A stretch of DNA of 64,000 nucleotides from Eledone cirrhosa (lineage: Eukaryota), in contig OZ024740.1 in assembly GCA_964016885.1 (NCBI GenBank), positions 378,758,001 through 378,822,000 on the forward strand, in the 5' to 3' direction. Of this stretch, positions 1-13,889 are shown in pieces (positions within the stretch are counted from its first letter, which is position 1; the number at the start of each line of letters is the position of its first letter). Under the pieces are notes generated by a model that ran no database searches, was not told where the DNA came from, and was given only the letters and a program-made list of their open reading frames with translations. Made by a program: the position numbers and the translations under genes.

Positions 1-65
1 AATTCCCGTCCCACCCGTGCAAGCAGGGAAAAGCGAACGTAAAATGAAATGATGATGAAATGATG
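1..65 (+). mobile_element. 3' end of an RTE-related element with (GAT)n-like tail
   Basis: aattcccgtcccacccgtgcaagcagggaaaagcgaacgtaaaatg...gatgatg resembles the 3' end of the RTE at 6369-6426. Confidence 0.7.
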
Positions 66-1439
66 CAATATGTAAATAAAGCAGAGATATAATAGAAGAG
101 AATGTGTAGTCTATATATGAATGTTGGAAAATTTGATAAATTAAATTCAATACGTAGGAAGAAAGCATTCCAACATTTATTTTATTGAACGTATTTTATT
201 TCCCAATTTCAGCACAAGGACTGCAACTGACTGTTTTTGCTTGGTCTTCTTTAATGCTTCTCAATTTTAGGTTTTAATTCCTCGTTTATAAATCTTTCTT
301 TAGCATTTAAACTGGCTGTATCCAGCCAGAATTCTCTCACCTCTTTCTGTTTGAAGTGGTTGTAACTGGCTGCTCATACTTATGATAAGGTATTGTTCCC
401 AAAATAAATAATATCAAAATCTCATAGACTTGATATTATGTGAGATTGTTATGTGAGGTAAAGCCTTTACCATGAAAATATAGTAGTATATATAGAGTAA
501 TGTAAATGGTAAAGGGTTAAATTTTGACAGATTCAGCTATGAAAACTAGGACATCGAGATATAGGGTTGCCCACAGCCAGATAATGTAGAGATTTCAGAT
601 TATACTCTTAAAATCTTAATTATTTATAAATTAAATTTAGCATGTTATTGACCCTGCTTTCACAATAGGAACAATCCTTGAAAAAGAGAGGGAAGAATAA
701 AATTATCAAATAATTTCAACATAATGCATTGAAAGAATTTTAATAAAACATATTAGGAACTACATGATGAAAAATATGAGAAAATGAACTGATTAATACT
801 GTCTAATCAACACTATTATGGTAACAGACTTTAAACTAATGCTGACAGTGATGAGTAGGTGGAAACATAATATTGGAAGAAATCACACTTTGTACAATAC
901 TTTTAAATTACTGGATATACATTCAATATTGAGATATTGAATATCATTGTAAATGGTTTTAGATGTAGATTTTGTAAAGAAGTTGTTAGGACAACTATTC
1001 TACATATTGAAAATTATCATCATCACTTAATGCCTGTTCTCCCTGAAAGCAAGAGTTTGAAGGATTGTCACAGATGAAGTCAATACGCAAGCAGAGCTAT
1101 TGACCTCTTAGATAAACCAGAGAGCTAATCATTACCATTCAATGTCTGTTCTCACTGTTAGCTAGGGTTGGATGAGTCGTCACAAATAAAGTCAGTAACT
1201 CAAGCAGAGTTACTGATCACTCGGTTGAACCAGGGGTCTGCACCTCACTTAGATACATTTTCCCAATTTACCAAGTGCTCAGACAGGCTAAATTCCAGTA
1301 TTTAATTTACATAGATTCCCAACCTCCACCGAGTGCATTTTATCATGGCATTAGCACTAGGGAGGTTGCCCTGTCTTTGACACAGCTGAAGAGTCCTCCT
1401 AGTGTGATATAAGGTTGAAAATGATTAACAGTACCTTGA

Positions 1440-2230
1440 AACAAGAAGATATTACTGAATAATTGAGAGCTGGTAATGCCTATTACTATGATTAGTCAGG
1501 TGAAAGTGGAAAAATCTATGAGATTTGCAGGTCCCCAGGACTGGTGGGATTGAAACAGTTGGTGTTCATCTTAAATATTTGTACGCAGGAAAAATGTCTG
1601 TGGTGGAGGAAATTTCAGTGTATAGCAATTCTGAAGAAGATGGAATAGGGGCATTGTGAGATTTAGCAAACAAGAAGCAGTCAGGGTGACAATTGAAGAA
1701 GAGATTGATGAGTTTAATTGGCTTGAGGTAAGATGGTAGATAGTTGAGCAGTGTCAAACCCATTAAAATAGCAACAGAGGCATAATGAAGAAACAACAAG
1801 CTACTGTTTGAAGCCAGTTACTGATTGAATATCCACCTCTCAGTCAAATAGCTTTTTGAATTATTTCAGATGTTTGTGTGTGTAGAAAAAGGTCTCTCTT
1901 GTATATGTCAACAGTATTCTAATGTGGGTAATACTTGAAGTATTTAGCATTTCAACAATTAATCAGATCTGAAATGGAATTCTAATTTTTGTGATTTAAT
2001 TTTGACAATATATAGAGATCATCATGAGAGACCAGCTGAGATTGCGAGATCTAGTAACTTTGAAGGTTTTAGTTGTGTAATAAATGATTGATAAGTATTT
2101 CAGAAAGCTGGTATGATGTGGTAGAAATATATAAAGGGCATGCATGAAGGAGTCATAGGGACACCATATTAACATAGAGCATTTCTAGGGCATTTTAAAA
2201 CCTGGTGGAGATCATCTCCTCTCCAGCTCT
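1440..2230 (-). mobile_element. Highly decayed CR1/Jockey-like LINE relic (tentative, approximate limits)
   Basis: The minus strand near 1900-1960 reads ILQVLPTLEYC*HI, resembling the P.LEYCSH.W motif C-terminal to LINE RT; many stops. Confidence 0.35.
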
Positions 2231-3069
2231 GAATACAGAAGATTTCTTCCAGAGAAAGGATAGAAAGTGAAAGAATGGAAATGAGAAAGAGACATAGAGG
2301 AGGAATCATCCCCAGTACTGTATTGGTACTGTTTTTATCAACCTTGAATGGATGAAAGGCAAAGTTGGCCTTGCCCAGGATTTGAACTCAGAGAGTAGAG
2401 AGCTGAAACAAATATGGCAATGCACTCTATCCAACATTCTAATGACTTTGCCAATTTGCCATCTATATAAAGGGCAAAGGATGACAAATAAAACAAAACA
2501 AAGTAATGTTTTTTCTTATTCAGAACAAAAAAAAAACAACAACAAAAAAAATCACACACCCCCTCCCCCCAATACAACATTACATTGTTTTATTTGTCAT
2601 CCTTTACCCTTTATACATTTCTACTGCATTGTACTAGCTTTCTGAAATACTTATCAATCATTATTACATACTTCACAATGCTTCATATTAACTATACTAT
2701 TTTAGTTATGTGTAGTTCCAAAGAGCATGAAGACCAAATTTGTTATGTTGGTGTATAGTAGTTGTATCTGTGTGGTGTACAAATATAATACCATTAATAC
2801 ATAAATATTTCTAAATTCTAGTGATTAGTTTTTAACAGAAATATTTTGTAATATTGAAATCAACAAATTTGCTTAGCCAACATAATCTTAAAGTATGTGA
2901 GATTTTTATTTATGAAAATGTGTAACTAAAGAAGTGCTGAAACACATTGAAATCATTGTAGATGGAGCGAAACTAAGGCCTCAGTTCATTGGTTATTTTC
3001 ATGAACTTGGATATATTAAAAAGCAAATCATAGTTTAAGCCAGAAACAAAAAACATTTCATTATTTGAA

Positions 3070-3237
3070 TTGGCAGTATCGGTAGAGGATCGGACGCCAT
3101 GCTTTGCAGCATTATGATCTGAGTTCAAATCCCGCTGAGGTTAACTTTGCCTTTCATCCTTACGGCGTTGATAAAATAAAGTACCAGTAATGTACTGGGT
3201 AATTGCTGGCCTTGTGCCAAAAGTAGAAACAATTATT
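3070..3237 (+). mobile_element. tRNA-derived SINE, family A
   Basis: A-box-like ttggcagtatcggtag, B-box gagttcaaatccc, body aactttgcctttcatcc...gataaaataaagtaccag, end ggccttgtgccaaaagtagaaacaattatt. About 20 related copies or fragments lie in the window. Confidence 0.85.
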
Positions 3238-3464
3238 TTGAGCATGAATATACAATTGTATACTTTCAAATATTTGTTTAGTTAAGGTCCTTTCATCAGA
3301 TAAGAGGAGAGAGGGAGAGTTAAAAAAGGTTGAGAGTTCTATTGAGGGGGTGATGCAAGGTAAACAAGATGATCACCTAGAGTGTTAACATCTGGGGGCA
3401 TTACACAAATTCTGAGCAATTTAGACAGAATTTCCTTATTCAACTAAAATATTGAAAACAGTAA

Positions 3465-3800
3465 TAATGATTTCTGATTTAGATACAAGGCTAACAAATT
3501 CAGGAGAGGGGTAAGTCGATTGAATCGACCCCAGTGCATGACTGGTACTTTATTTTATCAACCGCATAATGAAAACAGTAATAATGGTTTCTGATTTTGG
3601 CAGAAGGCTAACAATTTTTTAGGGGAGGGGAAAATTGATTAAATCGCCCTCAGTGTGTTACTGGTACTTTATTTATCGACCCCATAAGGATGAAAGTCAA
3701 AGCTAACTTTGCAGGATTTCAATTCAGAACATAAAGTGCTGTAACTTTATGCCATGAAGCATGTTGTCCGACGCTCTACCTATTCTACTGCCAATCCAAC
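3465..3800 (-). mobile_element. SINE family A, one partial and one near-complete copy in tandem
   Basis: Reverse-complement matches to the family A body (ctggtactttatttatcgacccc...aaggatgaaag). Another minus copy lies at about 2310-2460. Confidence 0.75.
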
Positions 3801-4004
3801 ACCCTATGAAAACAGTAATAATGAAAGCAAGTGAGGTCACTCCCAAAACAGAGGAAAATATAGGAAATATGGTAAAATGGTGTTGGGGTGAGAGAGTTGT
3901 GTAGTGTTATGACCTGTCACATAATTTAGTGTGAAACATTTCAAATTTTGCCAGATAACAGATTTATTTGGTGATATGCACTATCTTAAAACTACAGATT
4001 TCTT

Positions 4005-6426
4005 GTTCGCAAGCAAATATATATTTTTGCCTGTCTTTTTCAGCTGGTGTAAAGAGGGTGATGGCTGGAAGAAGGTATAAGCATAGGAAAAAAATATTGC
4101 AGATGGATGTGGACATATGACTGACATAGGGTGCTAAATATCCTGGCACAAACCCTGGTTACAATGACTAACAAAGCTATAAGAGAAGTTAATATATGAT
4201 CAAAATTTTATCATTAAACATCGACGGGGAGAAGTGTGTCGTTAATGATGATGGTGTACTTGCTATCACTGACGCTGATAAGAAGGTAGATTGGAAGTGT
4301 CACTACGAAAGGCTACTAAATGAGGAGAATAAATGGGAGAAAGACAGTCTCCCCACATCGATCCAATAGAGGGACCAGCAGTGCAAGTTGAAGGTAGTAT
4401 AATAAGTAAGGTGATCAAAGATATGAAGACAGGCAAGCGGCTGGGCCTTCGGAAATAGTTGCTGAAATGCTGAAAGCATCTGGAATAGTGGGACAAACTA
4501 TGGTCACCCGGATAGTAAACCAAGTCATACAGAATGGGGTCGTTCCGAAGGACTGGCGTAGCAGCATCATCATTAACTGCTACAAGGGTAAAGGAGATGC
4601 CCTAGATAGGGGAAACTATAGAGGCATTAAATTAATTGACCAGATCATGAAGGTCACATCACAGAAAAAGTAATAGCGCAACTAATCAGAGAGAGAATTG
4701 ATCTAGATGAAATGCAGTTCGGGTTTGTGTCAGGTAAAAGTACCACAGACGCTCTTTTCATTGTACGACAACTACAGGAGAAGTACCTAGCTAAAAGTAA
4801 ACCCTTATACTTAGCTTTTGTTGACTTGGAGAAAGCCTTTGACAGAGTCCCCCGCTCCATTATCTGGTGGGCTCTCAGAAAACTAGGTGTTGATGAATGG
4901 CTTGTGAGAGCTATACAAGCCATGTATAAAGAAACAGTCAGCAAGGTTAGAATTAACAACGACTATAGTGAAGAGTTTAGCATAAAAGTTGGTGTTCATC
5001 AGGGCTCCATCCTTAGCCCCCTACTATTTATTATTGCCCTTCAGGCTATAACAGAAGAGTTCAAGACCGGCTGCCCATGGGAACTCCTATACACATATGA
5101 TCTAACGCTCATAGCTGAATCAATGGCTGAACTAGAGAAGAAATTCCAAACATGGAAGCATGGCCTAGAATCAAAGGGCCTTAAAATTAACCTGTCTAAG
5201 AGTAAAGTTCTAGTTTGTAGGAAGGAAAATAGGGCACTGGTCCCATTTGGGAAATGGCCATGCTCAGTGTGTAGGAGAGGAGTAGGCAGAAACTCCATTT
5301 TATGTCCCAAATGCAAAGTATGGGTGCATAAAAGATGTAGTGGGATCACAGATAAGCTAACTAAGAATATAGATTTTATATGTGGCTGGTGCTCAGGTGC
5401 AATAAGTAGCAGCAAGTGCCCACAGAATACTAGCTCATTCCATTGCACAGATGATTCTATAGAAATAGTGGACACCTTCCATTACCTGGGTGACACAATC
5501 AGCAGTGGTGGAGGGTGCTCTGAAAGTACAGTAGCTAGAGTCAGAATGGGATGGAAAAAGTTCAGAGAGCTTATACCACTATTGGCCGCTAAAGGGTTCT
5601 CTCTAAAAATGAAAGGCAGGCTGTATGATGCCTGCATACGAACAGCAATGTTACATGGCAGTGAGACTTGGGCATTGTGTGCAGAGGATATACGCAGACT
5701 GGAGAGGAACTAAGCTTGCATGCTCCGTTGGATGTGTAATAGTAATATACGTGAACAGCAAAGCATAAATGAACTAAGAGAGAAATTAGGAATAAGAGGA
5801 ATCAGATGTTGTTTACTCGAGAGAAGACTACGTTGGTATGGTCACGTGATGCGTATGAAAGATGACAGCTGTATAAAAAAGTGCAGGGCGATAAAAATAG
5901 ACGGTAGCGACGGAGTAGGCAGACCCAGAAAAACTTGGGATGACTTGATAAATTCCGACCTCACACACTTACACATCTCCAAGACAATGTCACTGGACCG
6001 AGATCTTTGGTGCTACGCAGTAATACAGAAGACCCGCCTTGCCTAAGTACAAAGCGAAACTTACAGTCAGTAGGCACCTCTAACAAAAATACACCCCCGT
6101 CCCACTACCCCCACCCCATCCACACCACCCCTTTCGATGTAAAGTTATGTTGGTACCACAACATCCAGTCCTAAATAAATGAGGTCTTGTAGGTGTCACG
6201 ACAAAAAAAACACAGTCCACGCTGTAATGTGGCCGTGTAGGTAACACGGTAAAAACCTCCCAGTCCACACTGTAAACGTGGTTGGTATTAGGAAGGGCAT
6301 CCAGCCGTAGAAAACCCACCAGACAGTCCTATACGAGCAAGACAACCAATCTTGCCTCAAGTGGGAAAATTCCCGTCCAAACCCATGCAAGCGTGGAAGA
6401 TGGACGTTAAACGATGATGATGATGA
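4005..6426 (+). mobile_element. 5'-truncated RTE-clade LINE, inactive, with an internal PHD-like finger
   Basis: RT motifs YKGKGD..DRGNYRGIKL, QFGF, FVDLEKAFD, GVHQGSILSPLLF; catalytic YADD changed to YTYD; RRLRWYGHV and GRPRKTW; frameshifts and a stop at 5711-5713; (GAT)n tail; 12-bp target-site duplication TACAGATTTCTT at 3993-4004 and 6427-6438. Confidence 0.92.
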
Positions 6427-6885
6427 TACAGATTTCTTCTTACCATGTATAACAAGAGAGTATAATTGTACATATGCTAATTTTTTGCATAAATTAAAAA
6501 AAAAATGTAATGTTAATTTTTATATTATTGTTAGCACTGCTGGTCAAATAGTAAATTTAGAGTAATCAGGTTTATAACATAATTTTGATATCTTGTTGAA
6601 AGTAATCCCTTTAGTTGTACAGATATTAATCTTGGGCAGAGCAACAATTCACTATTTTCTATATCTCTTCTGAAATTTAAGGCTTTTATACCTGATCAGA
6701 AGAAAGTTGAAATCATTTGTTTATAAGTTGATTAAGATACAGCTACTTTGGTTGTTATAATTGCAAACCAGTCTATGTTACTTAAAAATGTAACCTATTA
6801 GTATAAATTGTTATCATATTCTGCTTTATGTTGGCATAACAAAGTATTCACATTTCTTCTTTTTTGTATTACTTTCTTTCTTTAG

Positions 6886-7052
6886 TACATGTCAACCAAA
6901 ACGTGGCACTGGCAAACTAAGGAAATTTCCAAAAATTTCATCTGTGTATGAATCCACTAATATTCCTGGAATGTATTTTTCCGGTACAATAACACATTCT
7001 TTGGATTTCCGCGTAAGTGCCGGCGGGTTTATTCATGGTTTCCGTTACACTG
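6886..7052 (+). CDS. FOXRED2: FAD-dependent oxidoreductase domain-containing protein 2, internal exon (earlier exons lie upstream of the window)
   Basis: tttag acceptor, gtgag donor; translates TCQPKRGTGKLRKFPKISSVYESTNIPGMYFSGTITHSLDFRVSAGGFIHGFRYT, matching the FOXRED2 SAGGFIHGFRYT motif; phase compatible with the next exon. Confidence 0.93.
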
Positions 7053-10000
7053 GTGAGTTGAACGACTTTTTTATTGATGAATTATAGACTAATTTATTCT
7101 ACATAAACATTTGGCTGTATATAAGTAGAGGCAAACGTCACATTTCTTCATTTTCTGTTTGAATTTATTGTAATCAGCAGTATTTATCATTGGGTTAATT
7201 AGCCCTGTTGAAGTTTTGACATGTGCAAAGAATACTTTTCCTGAGAACAAGGATTTCATGAATTTTCAAGAACATTAGTAAAGTGGTAGTGCTGATGCCA
7301 TGATGAAATGCACCTGGGACATGATGTGATGTATTTGACATTAGGAAGGGCATCCAGCCAAAGAAACTATGCCAGAATGGAACATATGAGTGAGAGACAG
7401 TCATCTGACCAGTCTGGCCTCAGAACATGACAACCCGTCTAACCCATGCAAGTATAGAAAATAAACATAAAACAGTGATCATGGTGATGATGATTAGTAA
7501 TATATGTAAAACAATCCCTCTTCAAGAATTGCCTAGAAATTGAAAATACAATTCAGTGAGAACTTACTATCACTCCCCAATGCTGATCAATTGAGAAACA
7601 TATATCTGTCTTTAGTCATTCTATCTGTTATCGGATGATCAAAACATTTATTTGACTTTTCACGAAACCTCCATCACTTGGTAATCAGTTGTGTTGCCTT
7701 CAAAGTGAATTCAGATTATATTCCATTAGTTGTGACATTCAACTGTAAATTTGAACTCAACACTACAAGCTAACAAACCACTTGTTACAATGCTGCTACT
7801 TTGTTACTTATTGGTTCCTTATCTGTAGTGTTTATGGGCTGGATTCTTTTGAAGTTAATCCTTTTTTATACCAAACAGCCTGAAACGGCCCTTGTTCTAT
7901 TATGCATAACTATTTACTTTAAAGCGTTTATATTTATCTAAAATCTTTCTATCATATATTTTATATAAACAAATTTTCTAAATGATACTCTAAGCACCAG
8001 ATAAATAATGAGAAAGTTATATTACTAAATCCCTCCAAATTCTTGATTATTTTCATAAATATTTGAAAATCACAGGCCACATTTTTCATTATAAATACAG
8101 TAATGAAAGGTTAAGTTTCTTGGCTATAAACCCAATGCTGTGCCAGTGAAATATGAACTATCAATCTCTATTTTGACCAATCATCAGTACCAATCAATAT
8201 GCAATATAATTATTATTTTGAAAAATGTGAGAACTGAATAGGTTAGACAATTGATTCAATGCTTAAAGTAATAAGCAAGACACAATTACATTAAACTACT
8301 GATGGATCCTCTGTCAGTTTTGACAGTAAGTAGTCAGTTGTTTGATCAACTGAATAATAAGTTTATGCTCAAATGGAAAACCGATGACTAGTATTGCACA
8401 GATGCAACCTTTAACATAATCCTAAGAGTGATATAGGACAAGGTTGGACCTTTGAATTAACTCTTTTATGACCATATTGTTAATGAGATACACTGTATTT
8501 CTATAAATCAATGAAGAATTTGGAGTAATTTACTAACATTATTAATCAGTTACTAGGATAATATTTGTAACAGAACTTCAAAAGGGTTCTTACATAAAAA
8601 TATGTGATAAAATTTAAATTTAAATAAAACACTCTAAAATTAGTGGCTTTGTTTCAAACAACCAGAGGTAGTTTTGAGAGGGTTGATATTAAAAGGGTTA
8701 AAGGTGCAAAGCATCCAGTGGAGTTTATATCTGCCTAAACTCACTCACAAGGCTTGTCTCAACCTGAAACTGTGGTAAATATACTTGCTCACAATGCCAA
8801 GCAATGGAATTGAACGTGGATCTTATGATTGAATAGACTATGTTAAATAAATAATGTAAGTCTACGCATGTGGTGAAGTACAAGTGAGTATAAGAAAATC
8901 TCTTCGAAATCTAACGTGGGAAAGAATTCCATTTGAAAGAATTCCATTTAAAAGAATTCCAACATTAAAAACATATAAATAGTTTAATTTGCAAATACAG
9001 GCAATTAATTCTCAAATAGAAAACCAGTTGAGAAATAATCTAAAATTGCCATTCCTGCGAATCTTAATTCTTTTTTTGGTGATAGCGATGATGATGATGA
9101 TGATAGTGATGGTTATTGGTGCTGGTTGTGATGGTGGTGATGGTGGTTACTTGCATAAAATGTGTAGGTGTAGATTACTGGAAAAATGAAAATGTTTTTT
9201 GCCATCAGGTTTACACTTTCAGAAAGAAAATATTCTTGTTTTAGGCAATTAAAAAAAAAAAAATGCAGATTGCTGTAAAGTATTATATTTGTAGATGTTT
9301 GAGAGGAGATTGATAATTTTTTAGGAACTGAATCATCCTTCGACATTTCTGAGATCTCTAACAATACAAAAAATATATATAATAAAAATACAATAAAAAT
9401 CAACAAGAGACATTCCACTCCAGATTAATCTGTTCCATCAAGGGAGTTGAAAATGCCCTCTCTCAGTTTATTTTTTCCAGCTTAGAAAAACATAGTTTGA
9501 CTAGACCAATTCAGCCTCATTAATCTTGCCACTCTCACCCATCATTCATGAAACACACTAGAAGGCAGCACCTCCTTCTCTACCTTCACCTTCCTCTCAA
9601 AGTGTTATTTGAAGAAGTTGATGAGGGCTTGACTGAAGAGAAAAAATCCTGTCTTCAAATCTTTTAGATGTGTCCATCAAACATTCTTTTGCCATAGATT
9701 ACCAGACAACAGAAGACTTGTTGGCTTTCCAAACCAAAGGAAGGTGGCAATTCAATTTTCACTATACATTCAAATAAAAATAATTGTGATGATAATTGAA
9801 ATACGACTAACAATACAAATAAAAATCTTACCATTTGGCCAAAGGATAAAAAGGGAATGCTTATTTTGAAATTGATGTATAAAAGTATGAAAAATCCAGT
9901 AAGTAAATCATAGTAATGCTTGAAATAAATAAATTAACACTGACCCTAAACCTAAAGTTAGACCTTCATTGTCAAGATCCCCATATAAAACTGAAACAGA

Positions 10001-10137
10001 AGAAATGAACTCTAGAAGATTGTTTTTCTATATTGCATGTTTTTCAGTAATAACCTACCACTAAAAGAACACAAAGTAATACATATAGTGTTTTGAGAGA
10101 AAATCACCCAAAGAAATATTTAGATATGACCTGATTA

Positions 10138-11030
10138 TCTACTTACATATATAACCAACAATTTCTCTGTCTGTCCGACAGTGGAAACACGTGCGTAGAG
10201 AGAGAGTGAAAGAAAGAGACAGACTACGAGAGGGGGATAGCGGGAGGGAGAGAGGGAGAGAGAGAGAGTGAATAGACGCTAAAACACGTGCTACAGAAAT
10301 ATTACCTTCCCCTCTCCATTGACTTTGGTCACTGAGGCCGAGGGAATCGCTGGTTGCTATAGAGACACCTTGCACAAGCCAGAAGTAACCAGTTCGAGGC
10401 GGTTCTGACTTGACACCATGCGAAGTAGGTTGCCATTGAATTTGTGGTTGTTGCTGCTGATAATAAGGACCATTTGAAGAAGGTTGCTGCTGATGAGGTA
10501 ATTTATTAATCAGATTGCGCAGTTCCATAACCTACGTTTGATTTGTTCAATTTTTTTCTTCAATTTTTGTTGTTGTTTTTTTTATTTCTTATTGAAAAAA
10601 TATAAATAATAAAATAAGGTTAGAAATTTAAATACAATTAAATACGATTTAATTTCCATTTCCAGCAGCCAATTTCCAGTGTTCATGAAAAAATTGGAAA
10701 TAATTCCAAAAATTGAAGTTTAACTTTTGAACATTTGTTTTGACAATAAAAAAATATTTCCTTATTCACACCTAATGGTATGATTAAAATTTCATAGGAA
10801 TATTTTTTTCTAACCGCCAGTTATTTATTTTCTCCTTTTTCGTTTTAACATATATTTATTTCAAAGATTTCACCGTATAGATAACATATATATTTATACA
10901 TGCATAAAAGACACACCGAGAGACGGTGAACATGTGGCGCCGAAAACATTTCTCATCCAAATCTCAACAATATCAGTATATACACTAGATTTGCTAGCAG
11001 AAAACCGCCCACCGGGTAATTTTCTGCTAG
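10138..11030 (+). mobile_element. Non-autonomous Helitron, unit 1
   Basis: Starts A|TCTACTTACATATATAA and ends in the hairpin ctagcagaaaa...ttttctgCTAG|T; internal (GA)n; internal blocks recur at 11737-11935 and 12017-12193. Confidence 0.65.
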
Positions 11031-11633
11031 TCTCCTTATAATATATAACCAGCAATTTCTCTGCCTGTCTGTCCGACAGTAGAAACACTTGCGCGCGTGG
11101 ATGCTATCTCTCTCTCTCCAGCTATCCCTCTCTTCTAGTCTGTCTGTTTCTCTCACTCTCACTCTTTCTCTTTGTAACACACTAACATTCCTCCCCTCTA
11201 TCGCTGTGACGAATGGGGGAGATGGAGGAGGAGAGAGTCACTTCGTCACTTCACCTCTGCCTTTCTTTCTCTTCCCTCTCACTCCCTCATTACGTACAGA
11301 CATTAGGGCGGTGGATTGGCAGAATCTGTAGAGAGTCGGACACCATGCTTTCATCCTCACGGGGTCGATAAAATAAAGTACCAGTAATGTACTGGGTTAT
11401 TTGCTGGCCTTGTGCCAAAAGTAGAAACAATTATTAGAAACATTGCTTCATTTTTACATATCTAAGCATTAGTAAAATAACTAATAATTTCAAAAGTAAT
11501 TTTTCAATTCCAATTGTTATGAACAGCAAAACATTAATAATAATTTTGTTCTAAGAAATATATATACATTTCTGTGTGTGTAATATATATATATATACAC
11601 ACACACAGAAATATATATATATATTTCTGTGTG

Positions 11634-11674
<41 letters not shown>

Positions 11675-12487
11675 GAAATATATGTGCATTTCTCTGTTTG
11701 TCTGTCTGTCTGTCCTTCCCTAAAACTCAAATGTAGGTGCTACAGAAATATTACCTTCCCCTTCCTTTCTCCACTTTGGTACTACCAAGAGAAACACTGT
11801 CGCTATAGAAACATTACCTTCCCCTCTCCACTGACTTTGGTCACTGAGGCCGAGGGAATCGCTGGTTGCTATAGAGACACCTTGCACAAGCCAGAAGTAA
11901 CCAGTTCGAGGCGGTTCTGACTTGACACCATGCCAAGGACCATTGGAAGATATATTTCCATCGTTATATCATAACGTTTATGTATCATAACGTTTATATT
12001 TCCGTCACTAATCTCTTTTTCTCCTTTTTCGTTTTAACATATATTTATTTCAAAGATTTCACCGTATAGATAACATATATATTTATACATGCATAAAAGA
12101 CACACCGAGAGACGGTGAACATGTGGTGCCGAAAACATTTCTCATCCAAATCTCAACAATATCAGTATATACACTAGATTTGCTAGCAGAAAACTGTCTG
12201 TCTGTGTGTGTGTGAGTTTGAATCCCTAAAACTAAAGAAGCATCCAACCGAGTGTTTTCAAACTTTACACATGTAATACTTATGTTTCAGGGAGTGTTCT
12301 GAGCAAAACAAATTTCAAATTTTCAATGCCCTAGGGACTGCATTAGGCGATTTAGCGATCTCTCTCTATAATTCTTAGTCTTTCTCTTTTTAGATAGATA
12401 CATACATAAAACGTCGCGCCCTTATAATATCTGTCTGTATGTCTGACTGTCTGCATTACGTCACTTCCCCGAGGATGTCTGTGTGTG

Positions 12488-12534
<47 letters not shown>

Positions 12535-13132
12535 TGTGAATTTGAATCCCTAAAACTCGAGAAGTACCCAACCGACTTTTTTCAAACTTGACATGTGTAT
12601 TACTTATGTTTCGGGGAGTGTTATGCACATTAAAAAATTCGACTTTTTGATCCTCTAGGGCATTAGTTGAAAAACTGCGTTTTTTCAGGTTTTTAGGGGT
12701 TTTTTGAGTCGTTACGTCAGACTGATTTCCTTGAAATTGTAACTATGTATTAATTAGTCTCTTCTTCATACCGTGAGCAAAGAAAATCCAACTTTTTTAT
12801 GGCTTAGGGCCCGCATTAGGTGAAAAACTTCATTTTTTTCAGTTTTTTAGGGTTGTTTTTGAGGCGTTACGTCTAGCCGATTTTCCCGAAATTTCAAGGC
12901 ATATTATGCACATAAAAAAATTCATTTTCTTGGTCCCCTAGGGCCCGCATTAGGTGAAAACCTGCATTTTTCCTGCTTCATCGAGGATAATCTTAAAGAT
13001 TATCCAGCCATCAGAGTATTCGGTTTATTTTCTTTACATATTTTCCAGGCATGCAGTTTTTCACGATTAGGTCTGTTGGTGGCTCGCGTTCCAAAATAGC
13101 TTATCCCGTGCAACACCGGGTACCACTGCTAG
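11031..13132 (+). mobile_element. Further Helitron units in tandem, interrupted by a SINE at about 11306-11435
   Basis: A second TC start at 11031 repeats the 5' sequence atatataacc.gcaatttctctg; duplicated gaatccctaaaact blocks near 12220 and 12545; 3' end cccgtgcaacaccggg hairpin followed by CTAG|T at 13129-13133. Confidence 0.65.
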
Positions 13133-13889
13133 TCTTATATAAAATAGATGGAGTAATCAAAGAAATAGATAGATTTACCAAAGAAGATAAAATCCACTGA
13201 ATATGATATAAGTTATGTTATTTTGTTGCATGTAGAATGTCTAAAATGTGAGTTGTGTGACTTGTTATACTGTGAAGTATCAATTACATAAGGGTATGTG
13301 TTTTTTTTTTTTTTTATTAGGTGTTGATTTTGCAGATTATGTGAAGTGTCATATTATTTGGTGGTGTTTCTGTAGAGCATGAGTTGTGTGTAGAGAATGT
13401 ACTAATTGAGTTGTGCTATTGAATTGGAAGTGACTTATATAGGATGTGGACTTTGCTTCTCAGGGCTATAATTTAGATTGTGTATAACTTTGTGGTATGG
13501 TTTGTGTGTTTGTGTTCAAGTTTGTTTTCATCATACCTCATACTTCAGTTACTATTAGTATTATTTGCACTATCATGCTCCACATACGACGTATTACACT
13601 TTTAAGATGTTTGTATTCTGATAGCTTCTTCAACTCATTCTGAGTATTTTCTTTTGTTGGGGGATAGAGATATGTCATAATGCAGGCATTTTCATTCAAT
13701 TAATCATTGTTAGTGAGATGTACACTGACTACTCTCAAAGTGAACCTCGACTAGGTTAGTCTTCCAAATAGTAAGTATACCTGTTGATGTATCCTATCTA
13801 TGGAGTTACTCTGGGTAAGAGAAATCATACAAAAATTAAAACTCCGTAGTGCAAAATACGTAACATATCCATTTCTTCTACAACTACTA

